Assembly: GCA_039803745.1 (NCBI GenBank)
Contig: JBDRZD010000046.1
Coordinates: 1 to 13,651, forward strand
Origin: a candidate division WOR-3 bacterium
Lineage (GTDB): Bacteria; Hydrothermota; Hydrothermia; Hydrothermales; Hydrothermaceae
DNA length: 13,651 nt
Direction: 5' to 3'
In this document: positions 6,530 to 13,651 of the stretch, piece after piece
Position numbering within the stretch: position 1 is the stretch's first letter
How the letters are laid out: each line of letters starts with the position of its first letter
Notes under the pieces: model-generated
Database searches by the model: none
Told to the model about the DNA's origin: nothing
Seen by the model: the letters and a program-made list of their open reading frames with translations, nothing else
Program-made: the position numbers and the translations under genes

Positions 6530-8212
6530 GGAATTGTTATAGGGAAAGTAAGGGTATTTGAGACTGATAAAATGACTGTAGATTATAAACCTGTTAAATA
6601 TATAAAAGAAGAACTTTTGAAATTTGAAAAAGTTAGAAGAAAGATAATAGGTGAATGGAAGAAAATTTCCTATGGATGGAGAGGAAATATTTCAAGGATT
6701 TTAGATGCCCAAATAATGATCCTTGAGGATCCCGAATTTGTTAAAAGGGTTAAAGAAAAAATAGAAGAAGAGAATTTAAAGGCTGAAGCTGCGGTTCTTG
6801 AATCTCTTGAAGAATTTTTGAACAAAATTGAGGAGTCAAAGGATGAAATTTTTAAGGAAAGGGCAAATGAAATAAGATACCTTGGAAAAAGAATCATAAT
6901 GGAGATGCAGGGTCAGGAAGGTTTTATACCGGCAAAACCTGGTGAAATAATAGTTGCTTCTGATCTTTTGCCTGTTGATATATTAGAACTGAAGAATAAA
7001 AAACCAATAGGTATTGTTATTGAAAAAGGAGGTGCAACATCTCATACTTTAATTATTGCAAGACAGATGGAGATACCTCTTCTTTGCGGTGTGAAAGATA
7101 TTCTTAAAGAGGTAAAAAATGGTCAGGAGGCTATCTTAGACGGATGGAATTCAAAACTCATATTAGACCCGTCAAAGTCAACCATTGAAGAATATGAAGA
7201 AAAAGTCAAAAGGGTTGAAATTTTAATTGATAAATTTGTTAAAAAGAAACCTCCAAAGTCAAAAGAAAGGAAAAAAATTGCTGTTCTTGGTAATATAGGA
7301 ATGCCTGAAGAGATAAAAATAATTAAAAAATATGATGGACAGGGAGTTGGTCTTTTTAGAACCGAAATAGCGATATGGGATCCAATTAAATGGAGAAATG
7401 AAAGTTATCAGGCAGAAATATATCAGGAATGTGCTCAGGAAATCTTCCCTGATCCGCTTGTTATAAGACTCCTTGATGTTGGAGCAGGCAGATATTTTAC
7501 AGGATTTCAGGAGACAAATCCATTTTTGGGAACAAGAGGCATAAGATTTTTAATGAAAGAAAAGGAAATATTGAGAACACAGATAAGGGCAATTCTTAAA
7601 GCATCAAGCCTCGGGAATGTTAGAATACTTTTACCAATGGTATCCCTGCTTCAGGAAATTATAGCAATTAAAAAATATATAGAAAAACTTAAGAAAGAAC
7701 TTAAAGTTGAAAGGGTTTCTTTTGATAATTATATTTCTGTTGGAATAATGGTTGAAGTTCCGGGGACAGCACTTATGACAGAAAAAATAGCACCTCATGT
7801 TGATTTCATTTCCATTGGAACCAATGATTTGACTCAATACCTTTTTGGAGTTGATAGAAATAATGTGAATGTTGCCTATCTTTATAATGATTTTCATCCT
7901 GCTATTTTCAAAATTATAAGTCATATTATAAAAGGTGCACATCAGTATAGAAAAAGGGTGAGTGTTTGTGGAGAACTTGCCTCATCTCCCCTTGGAGCAG
8001 TAATTTTAATGGGGCTTGGGATTGATGAACTCTCTGTTCATCCATCGGATATTCCTTTTATAAGAGAAGTTGTTACAAAGATAGAATATAAAAAGACAAA
8101 GGAACTTGCAAGAAATGTGCTTGAGATGACAAATGCAGGTGAAGTTAAAGAGGCTGCAAAAGAATTTTTAAAGAAACATTTACCCGAACTTTCAAAAATT
8201 ATGTTTGAATAG
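6491..8212 (+). CDS. ptsI: Phosphoenolpyruvate-protein phosphotransferase (PTS enzyme I)
   Basis: GGATSHTLIIAR (phospho-His), GVGLFRTE, NPFLGTRGIR, MVEVP, SIGTNDLTQY, VCGELA (catalytic Cys); 573 aa with no N-terminal GAF domain. Confidence 0.95.
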   Translation: MKERIFEGICSSKGIVIGKVRVFETDKMTVDYKPVKYIKEELLKFEKVRRKIIGEWKKISYGWRGNISRILDAQIMILEDPEFVKRVKEKIEEENLKAEAAVLESLEEFLNKIEESKDEIFKERANEIRYLGKRIIMEMQGQEGFIPAKPGEIIVASDLLPVDILELKNKKPIGIVIEKGGATSHTLIIARQMEIPLLCGVKDILKEVKNGQEAILDGWNSKLILDPSKSTIEEYEEKVKRVEILIDKFVKKKPPKSKERKKIAVLGNIGMPEEIKIIKKYDGQGVGLFRTEIAIWDPIKWRNESYQAEIYQECAQEIFPDPLVIRLLDVGAGRYFTGFQETNPFLGTRGIRFLMKEKEILRTQIRAILKASSLGNVRILLPMVSLLQEIIAIKKYIEKLKKELKVERVSFDNYISVGIMVEVPGTALMTEKIAPHVDFISIGTNDLTQYLFGVDRNNVNVAYLYNDFHPAIFKIISHIIKGAHQYRKRVSVCGELASSPLGAVILMGLGIDELSVHPSDIPFIREVVTKIEYKKTKELARNVLEMTNAGEVKEAAKEFLKKHLPELSKIMFE

Positions 8213-8771
8213 ATTTACTTCCCGGTCTTATAAGGGGAATATTATTCTTACATAAAGGGCACTCTTCTGGATTATAATTTTTAACCTCTTTTTTATAAAG
8301 ATAGATTAATGGAATATTAAAATTAATTTCCCTTTCGCTTCTATCAATTATTACAAAAACTGCTTCAACTTTAAAATCTTTATTTAGATCTTCTATAAGG
8401 AGGGAAAGAGATTTACCTGTTGTAAGGACATCATCTACGAGCAATATTTTTTTCCCCTTTTCTACATTTGCAAAGTTTCTTTTTATTATGAATTTATCTT
8501 CTGATTTTTCAAGATATATTGCCATTTTTTTAAACTGTCTTGCTATTTCATATGCTATAAAGAACCCTCCTTTTTCAGGACCTGCAACATAATCAAATTT
8601 GAAATTCTTTAATAAATTTTTTGAAATCTTAATAATTTTTTCAAGATATTCTGGATATTGAAATATTCTGAATTTTTCAAAATATGTATCAGAATGAAGT
8701 CCTGAGGTAAGTAAAAAATGCCCCTTTAATATAGCATTTGTTTTTTCAAGAATTTTTTCAATTTCTTTCAT
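8199..8771 (-). CDS. pyrE: Orotate phosphoribosyltransferase (Thermus-type, with C-terminal CPLC)
   Basis: 'GHFLLTSGLHS', PRPP-binding loop 'LLVDDVLTTGKS', 'IIDRS', 'CPLCK..IPL.RPGS'. Confidence 0.92.
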   Translation of the reverse strand: MKEIEKILEKTNAILKGHFLLTSGLHSDTYFEKFRIFQYPEYLEKIIKISKNLLKNFKFDYVAGPEKGGFFIAYEIARQFKKMAIYLEKSEDKFIIKRNFANVEKGKKILLVDDVLTTGKSLSLLIEDLNKDFKVEAVFVIIDRSEREINFNIPLIYLYKKEVKNYNPEECPLCKNNIPLIRPGSKSIQT

Positions 8772-10084
8772 TTTAATATCTCCATTATTTCATCAATTTT
8801 TTTAACTTTAAAAATTTCAATATTTACTTTATCAATTTCTTGGTTAGGAATAAAACATTTTTTAAATCCAAGTTTTTCAGCCTCTTTTACTCTTAAATTT
8901 AAAAGATTCACCGGTCTTATCTCTCCACCTAATCCTACCTCTCCTATGAATACTATGTCTTTTGGAATTATTATATTTTTCATTGAAGAAATTAATGAAA
9001 CACATATTCCGAGGTCACAGGAAGTTTCAAATATTTTTAATCCACCAGTTACATTTAAATAAATATCATATTTATAAAAGGGTATATTAAGTCTTTTTTC
9101 CATTACAGCAATTAAAAGGGAAAGTCTTCTTATGTCAAATCCACCGGATTCTCTTTTTGGAAGTGAAAAAGGTGTTTTTGTTACAAGGGATTGAACTTCA
9201 ACAAAAACTATTCTTGTTCCCTGTAAAAGGGTAACAATTATACTTCCGGATGTTTCAAAATTTTTATTCAAAAAGAACATCTCAATTTCCTTCACTTCTT
9301 TTAATCCCTTATCAGTCATTTCAAATATTCCTATTTCTCCAACACTTCCAAATCTATTTTTTACGCTTCTTAAAATCCTAAAATTTTCTTTTTCTTCGCC
9401 TTCAAGATAAAATACACCATCAACCATATGTTCTAAAGCCTTTGGTCCTGCAATTTCTCCTGTTTTTGTAACATGCCCTATTACAAATGTGATCATTTCC
9501 TTTTCCTTTGTTATCCTCATTATTTCCCCTCCGCATTCCCTTATCTGGGTTATACTTCCCGGTGAGGAAAAAAAATCAGTTGAGTAAACTGTCTGTATTG
9601 AATCTATCACAAGAACATCAGGTTTTATCTCCTTTATACCCTCTTTTATCCCTTCAATATCATTTTCACAAATTATATAAATATTTTCTTGATTTATATT
9701 AAGCCTGTCAGCCCTCATTTTTACCTGATAGTCCGATTCCTCTCCAGAAACATAAAGCACTTTATATCCCATTTTAGAGAACATACCACTTATTTGAAGA
9801 AGAAGGGTTGATTTTCCTATCCCTGGTTCACCTCCTAAGAGGTAATATGCACCTTTTACAATTCCTCCACCAAAAACAGAATCTAACGCAGATATACCAA
9901 CATTTATTCTGATTTCTTCCACCCTTTTTGAAATAGAAAGAGGGACAGGTTTTTTAAATTTTTTCTCTTCTTCTTTTTTAAATTCTCTTTTATCTTCTAT
10001 AAATGTGTTCCATTCACCACAGGAAGGACATCTCCCAAGCCATTTTGGTGATACATAAAAGCAGTTCTGGCACACAAATTGCAT
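8768..10084 (-). CDS. radA: DNA repair protein RadA/Sms
   Basis: C4 zinc finger CQNC..KWLGRCPSC, Walker A GGEPGIGKST, 'VIDSIQT', 'GPKALEHMVD', KNRFG signature, Lon-like C-terminal 'GEVGLGGEIRPV'. Confidence 0.97.
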   Translation of the reverse strand: MQFVCQNCFYVSPKWLGRCPSCGEWNTFIEDKREFKKEEEKKFKKPVPLSISKRVEEIRINVGISALDSVFGGGIVKGAYYLLGGEPGIGKSTLLLQISGMFSKMGYKVLYVSGEESDYQVKMRADRLNINQENIYIICENDIEGIKEGIKEIKPDVLVIDSIQTVYSTDFFSSPGSITQIRECGGEIMRITKEKEMITFVIGHVTKTGEIAGPKALEHMVDGVFYLEGEEKENFRILRSVKNRFGSVGEIGIFEMTDKGLKEVKEIEMFFLNKNFETSGSIIVTLLQGTRIVFVEVQSLVTKTPFSLPKRESGGFDIRRLSLLIAVMEKRLNIPFYKYDIYLNVTGGLKIFETSCDLGICVSLISSMKNIIIPKDIVFIGEVGLGGEIRPVNLLNLRVKEAEKLGFKKCFIPNQEIDKVNIEIFKVKKIDEIMEILK

Positions 10085-10866
10085 CAGAAGATTGAAAATT
10101 TAAAATATTTTTTAGGATTTTTATTTATGTCTTTTAAAAGCAAATTTAAAGATGTTAAGGTAGAATCAATTTTATTGTAAAGAGTTTTATCTTTAATTAT
10201 TTTTCCTAAACTTCCTTCTTCATTTTCAAGGTAATCAGAAATTTTTTTGAGACGAGCTGTAATTTCATTTAAATTTTTTACCACTCCTTCAATTTCCCCC
10301 CCTCTTTCAATTATTTCTCTTAAAGATTCACTTGTCTTTTTTAAATCCGATGATAAAAGAACTATATTATTTTTTACCTCTTGCACCCCCCCTTCCATAT
10401 TACCTGCTATTTTGTTTACTTTGTGGAGTATTTTTTTAATTGTATCTATTAATTCTCCTCCTTCTCTTACAAGGTCTCCAAGGTCAGGAATTGTGCTTCC
10501 ATAAACTCTTGTTCCGGATGGAAGTTCATCACCCTTCCCCTGTTTTACCATAACTCTTTTCCTTCCTAAAAATCCCTGATTTTCAACAAATATTTTTGCT
10601 CCTTCCCTTAATTTAATACCATCAAGGAAAAATTTTATCACAACTTTATCTTTTTCAATATCTATTTTCTCAACTCTTCCTTTATTAACTCCTGAAAGTG
10701 TTACAATGTCACCTCTTTCAAGCCATGAGGCATCCTCAACAACAACTTCATAATAATATCTTTTAAGCCCCAGTCTAAATTCTGTAAACCACATGTATGC
10801 TCCTATTATAAGAAAAATTGCGAATATTGTAAAAATTGCTACTTTTATCCTTGTTTTCTTTTCCAT
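10084..10866 (-). CDS. MlaD/MCE-family protein, 260 aa
   Basis: N-terminal TM helix; MCE domain ('DASWLERGDIVTLSGVNKGRVEKI', 'QGFLGRKRV'); helical C-terminus ending 'GSLGKIIKD..LY...LLKDINKNPKKY'. Confidence 0.88.
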   Translation of the reverse strand: MEKKTRIKVAIFTIFAIFLIIGAYMWFTEFRLGLKRYYYEVVVEDASWLERGDIVTLSGVNKGRVEKIDIEKDKVVIKFFLDGIKLREGAKIFVENQGFLGRKRVMVKQGKGDELPSGTRVYGSTIPDLGDLVREGGELIDTIKKILHKVNKIAGNMEGGVQEVKNNIVLLSSDLKKTSESLREIIERGGEIEGVVKNLNEITARLKKISDYLENEEGSLGKIIKDKTLYNKIDSTLTSLNLLLKDINKNPKKYFKFSIF

Positions 10867-10873
10867 AGTTTTA

Positions 10874-10903
10874 ATTATAATTAATTCTTGATTATTTTTT
10901 CAA
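10874..10903 (-). promoter_or_regulatory. Putative promoter for a leaderless mlaD-radA-pyrE transcript
   Basis: TTGAAA (10903-10898) - 18 bp - TATAAT (10879-10874) - 7 nt - ATG 10866; no SD. Confidence 0.55.
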
Positions 10904-13607
10904 TTTCATTTCTTACAAAAATATTTTCTTCTGTTAAAATTTTCATCTTTAAAATTTCTTTTATACCTTCTTCTTTTATTTTTGAAAGTCCCATTACACT
11001 TATACCCCTTAAAAACCAGGAAGGAGAATCAAAATATTCTAATAAAATTTTTTTACAGGAAGTGCTTGAAGAAATTTTTGGTAATATCCTTAAAAAATGA
11101 GAAATTGTTATTTCATCTTTTAGTTCTTTTAATCCTTTTATTATTTTTTCTTCTGCTTCTTTACCCTGGTATACAAGGGCAGATTCAGCTGCAATTCTTA
11201 AAATTCCTTTTTCATTTTTTATAATATCTATTAAAAAATTTATTGATGATGTATCTTTTATATTTTGAAAGTATTCACATATAGAGATTTTTAGAGGTTC
11301 ATTCTTAGTTTTAAAGGAGTTTTTTATTTCCTTAATAAAATTTTTATTTTTCAATTTAAAAAGAGAATAAATTATCGTTCTTTTTATTCTTTCATCTTTT
11401 TCCTTTTCAAGAAGTTTTCCAATTGAATCAGAAATTTCTTCAATCTGTGCTTCCCCTGCAACATAAATTGCATTTCTTCTTATAGTATCATTTATTGATT
11501 TTATTGCTTTTAAGATATAATCTTTACTTATTTCTTTATTCTGTTTAACAAATTCAACAATTGCTCTTATTTCAAGAGAATTCAATGTATTGATTTTTTC
11601 ATCAAATATATAATTTACTGCTTCCTCTTTTCTCTTTGAGAGCATTTCCCTTGCCTTTTTTACCCTTATTTTATTTTCACCAACTTCCCATTCTGAAGCG
11701 ATCTCAAACAATTTCTTAATACTTATTGTATCAGGAATAAAAGTATCCTTTTCTTTTTGTGGCGGTTGAATTTTTACTGAATCTAAATCATATCCAACTC
11801 CATACTTGCCTTTAATCCACATTGAAAAATCTTTACTTTCTTTTGATGGATATATATCCTTTCCTTTTAAATCAAGAAATATTCCTATTCCGCAGAATCC
11901 TCTTGTCCATGTTCCGCTTCCCTGTCCAATTTCCTTTTCATATGTATTATAAATATCATTCCCATCTGAATCAATTAATATTCCAATAGAATTTGTAAGA
12001 CCTATTCCCTGCCCACCTGAAACTTTATAAAAATCATCTCCTTTTTTATCAATTAAAATTCCGATACTTAAATCATGCCCCTCACCCTGAGCAGGACCAT
12101 ATTTTGAAATGTAATTATCATCTCCTTCAAGGTCAACAAGAATGCCTGCTGAAAGGTGAATTCCTGCCCCCTGTGCATATTCTGAAGCAATATAATGGTC
12201 ATTCCCCTTTTTATCTAAAAGCATTCCTATACTATAAAAATAACTTGTTCCCTGTGAATAAACATCTCCTATGTAATAATCATTACCTTCTCCATCAATT
12301 AAAACTCCTATCCCACCTGATGCAAATGGTCTTGCTCCTATTGAAAACCCTTGGGCAAATGAGCGTGTATAATCTGGAAGGAGTGGATGATGGATGAATT
12401 TACCGTAAGCAATATAGGAATCATTTCCCTTTTTATCATAAATTATTCCATATCCTTTTGTTCCTGCAAACCCCTGTCCATAATTTGAGAGTTTATAAAG
12501 ATCATTACCATCAAAATCAAATAATATTCCTATTCCAAAAAAACCTGCCCCCTGAGAAAAAACTTCTCCCTCATAAATATCATTTCCTTCCTTATCAATT
12601 AATATTCCTATTCCAAAAAATCCTGAACCGATTGAATAGTAACTCCCTTTATAAAAATCATCTCCTTTAAAATCAAATATCCCTGAAGCTCCAAAAAAAC
12701 TACTACCTATTCCAAATGGTTTTTTACTCACATAAAAATCGTTTCCTTCAAAATCAATTATTATTTCAAAAGGGTTAAAATTTAATACCCCTATTCCCCT
12801 TCCACATTCCTTATAAAAATCATCTCCTTTTCCATCAATTATTAAAATATAATTACCTTCGTAAACATTATTTTCATCTTTAAAATTTATTGATATTTTA
12901 CCATGGGGAGTTTCAATTATCTTTTTGTAATTTTCAGGAAGATCTTGAGAATATTTTATTATATCTTTAATAATTTTTAAAATTTCTGAATGGTAGTTTA
13001 AGATTTTTTCATAATCAATTTTCCTTATTTTTTCAAAAATTAGTTTTTCCTGGATTTTGAAAGAGGTGTCAGGATATATTTTCTTCTCCCTGTGTAAAAT
13101 TCCTTTTAAAGTATCATCGGATTCATCATCAGGGTCTTCGTAAATATAAGGAAAATATATAAGGAGACTGTCAAATTCTTCTTTATTCATTTTTGAAATG
13201 CATTTTTCTAAAAAACTTTCATAATTTTTTATGTATACAAGATAATTTTCTATTTTTTCTTTTAAATCCTTATATTCTATATTTTCTATACTTATTTTTT
13301 CGTCAAATTTTATATCTAATTTCTCTTTTTTTATATCAATCTGTTTTAAAATATACTCTAAAATGAAATTTATATCTTCTGAATTATTTTCAATTGTGGT
13401 GTTTGTTTCTTTTAAATATTCTGAAAGAAACAGGGGGTCTTTCATTATTTTTTTAAAAATATTAAGCATGAAATAATTTTCTGGGATCCAGAGTTTATCA
13501 TAAGAAAAATCAGAAATCCTTAAGGAAACTATTTTGAGCATTTCTTCAATTTTTTCCTTCTCCTGAGATTCTATAAAAAGAGATAAGAATAAAATTATAA
13601 GTTTCAT
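10881..13607 (-). CDS. Large putatively exported protein, 908 aa, with 12 DxxG[NDK]DxY Gly-rich repeats and C-terminal HEAT-like repeats
   Basis: Likely start ATG 13607 (MKLIILFLSLFI, short hydrophobic leader); repeat block at 11850-12848; HEAT-like helices (IRRNAIYVAG, IKRTIIYSLFKL, LRIAAESALV, LRGISVMGLSKI). Function unknown. Confidence 0.8.
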   Translation of the reverse strand: MKLIILFLSLFIESQEKEKIEEMLKIVSLRISDFSYDKLWIPENYFMLNIFKKIMKDPLFLSEYLKETNTTIENNSEDINFILEYILKQIDIKKEKLDIKFDEKISIENIEYKDLKEKIENYLVYIKNYESFLEKCISKMNKEEFDSLLIYFPYIYEDPDDESDDTLKGILHREKKIYPDTSFKIQEKLIFEKIRKIDYEKILNYHSEILKIIKDIIKYSQDLPENYKKIIETPHGKISINFKDENNVYEGNYILIIDGKGDDFYKECGRGIGVLNFNPFEIIIDFEGNDFYVSKKPFGIGSSFFGASGIFDFKGDDFYKGSYYSIGSGFFGIGILIDKEGNDIYEGEVFSQGAGFFGIGILFDFDGNDLYKLSNYGQGFAGTKGYGIIYDKKGNDSYIAYGKFIHHPLLPDYTRSFAQGFSIGARPFASGGIGVLIDGEGNDYYIGDVYSQGTSYFYSIGMLLDKKGNDHYIASEYAQGAGIHLSAGILVDLEGDDNYISKYGPAQGEGHDLSIGILIDKKGDDFYKVSGGQGIGLTNSIGILIDSDGNDIYNTYEKEIGQGSGTWTRGFCGIGIFLDLKGKDIYPSKESKDFSMWIKGKYGVGYDLDSVKIQPPQKEKDTFIPDTISIKKLFEIASEWEVGENKIRVKKAREMLSKRKEEAVNYIFDEKINTLNSLEIRAIVEFVKQNKEISKDYILKAIKSINDTIRRNAIYVAGEAQIEEISDSIGKLLEKEKDERIKRTIIYSLFKLKNKNFIKEIKNSFKTKNEPLKISICEYFQNIKDTSSINFLIDIIKNEKGILRIAAESALVYQGKEAEEKIIKGLKELKDEITISHFLRILPKISSSTSCKKILLEYFDSPSWFLRGISVMGLSKIKEEGIKEILKMKILTEENIFVRNEIEKIIKN
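11850..12848 (-). repeat. Coding tandem repeat, 12 copies of hhhDxxG[NDK]DxY separated by Gly-rich spacers
   Basis: DGKGDDFY, DFEGNDFY, DFKGDDFY, DKEGNDIY, DFDGNDLY, DKKGNDSY, DGEGNDYY, DKKGNDHY, DLEGDDNY, DKKGDDFY, DSDGNDIY, DLKGKDIY. Confidence 0.92.
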
Positions 13608-13613
13608 AATAAA

Positions 13614-13643
13614 ATTATAAATGTTTTTATACTTTTTATTCAA
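13614..13643 (-). promoter_or_regulatory. Putative promoter for a leaderless transcript of the repeat-protein gene
   Basis: TTGAAT (13643-13638) - 18 bp - TATAAT (13619-13614) - 6 nt - ATG 13607; no SD. Confidence 0.55.
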
Positions 13644-13651
13644 AAGATATT

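Noticed and set aside
6491..8212. Nitrogen-PTS enzyme I (ptsP)
   Set aside because: No N-terminal GAF domain; length matches ordinary enzyme I.
10296..10392. Two G7 tracts in mlaD (C7 at 10296-10302 and 10386-10392) as phase-variation sites
   Set aside because: Seven bases is short for a contingency locus; both encode Gly-Gly and the frame is intact.
226..12670. Short ORF-track ORFs antisense to or nested in real genes (e.g. 226-423, 688-1008, 1314-1682, 3373-3687, 5653-5904, 7631-7942, 10247-10504, 12104-12397)
   Set aside because: They overlap well-supported genes, have no motifs or SD, and show the composition expected of shadow frames.
11850..12848. RTX toxin / type I secretion substrate
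   Set aside because: Repeats do not fit GGxGxDxUx, are internal rather than C-terminal, and no T1SS genes are present.

Overview
Compact, very AT-rich bacterial chromosomal segment with Lys/Glu/Ile-rich proteins (thermophile-like; a WOR-3-type lineage is an unverified guess). I see no mobile element, CRISPR array or RNA gene. Four blocks: (1) minus-strand type IV minor pilin cluster fimT-pilV-pilW-pilX, with pilX running off the left edge and missing from the ORF track; (2) minus-strand HAD phosphatase-acpS-TPR protein-ExeA/MshM-like AAA ATPase; (3) a divergent plus-strand operon encoding bifunctional FBP aldolase/phosphatase, HPr and PTS enzyme I; (4) minus-strand 908-aa DxxG[ND]DxY-repeat/HEAT protein-MlaD-radA-pyrE. 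The most unusual signals are a 27-codon ORF between ptsH and ptsI that is a diverged copy of the ptsI 5' end and overlaps both neighbours by ATGA, three apparently leaderless promoters (TATAAT 6-7 nt before an SD-less ATG), a sigma54-like site with tandem palindromes upstream of the pilins, and the uncharacterised repeat protein. Nothing here is demonstrably a new system; these are leads.
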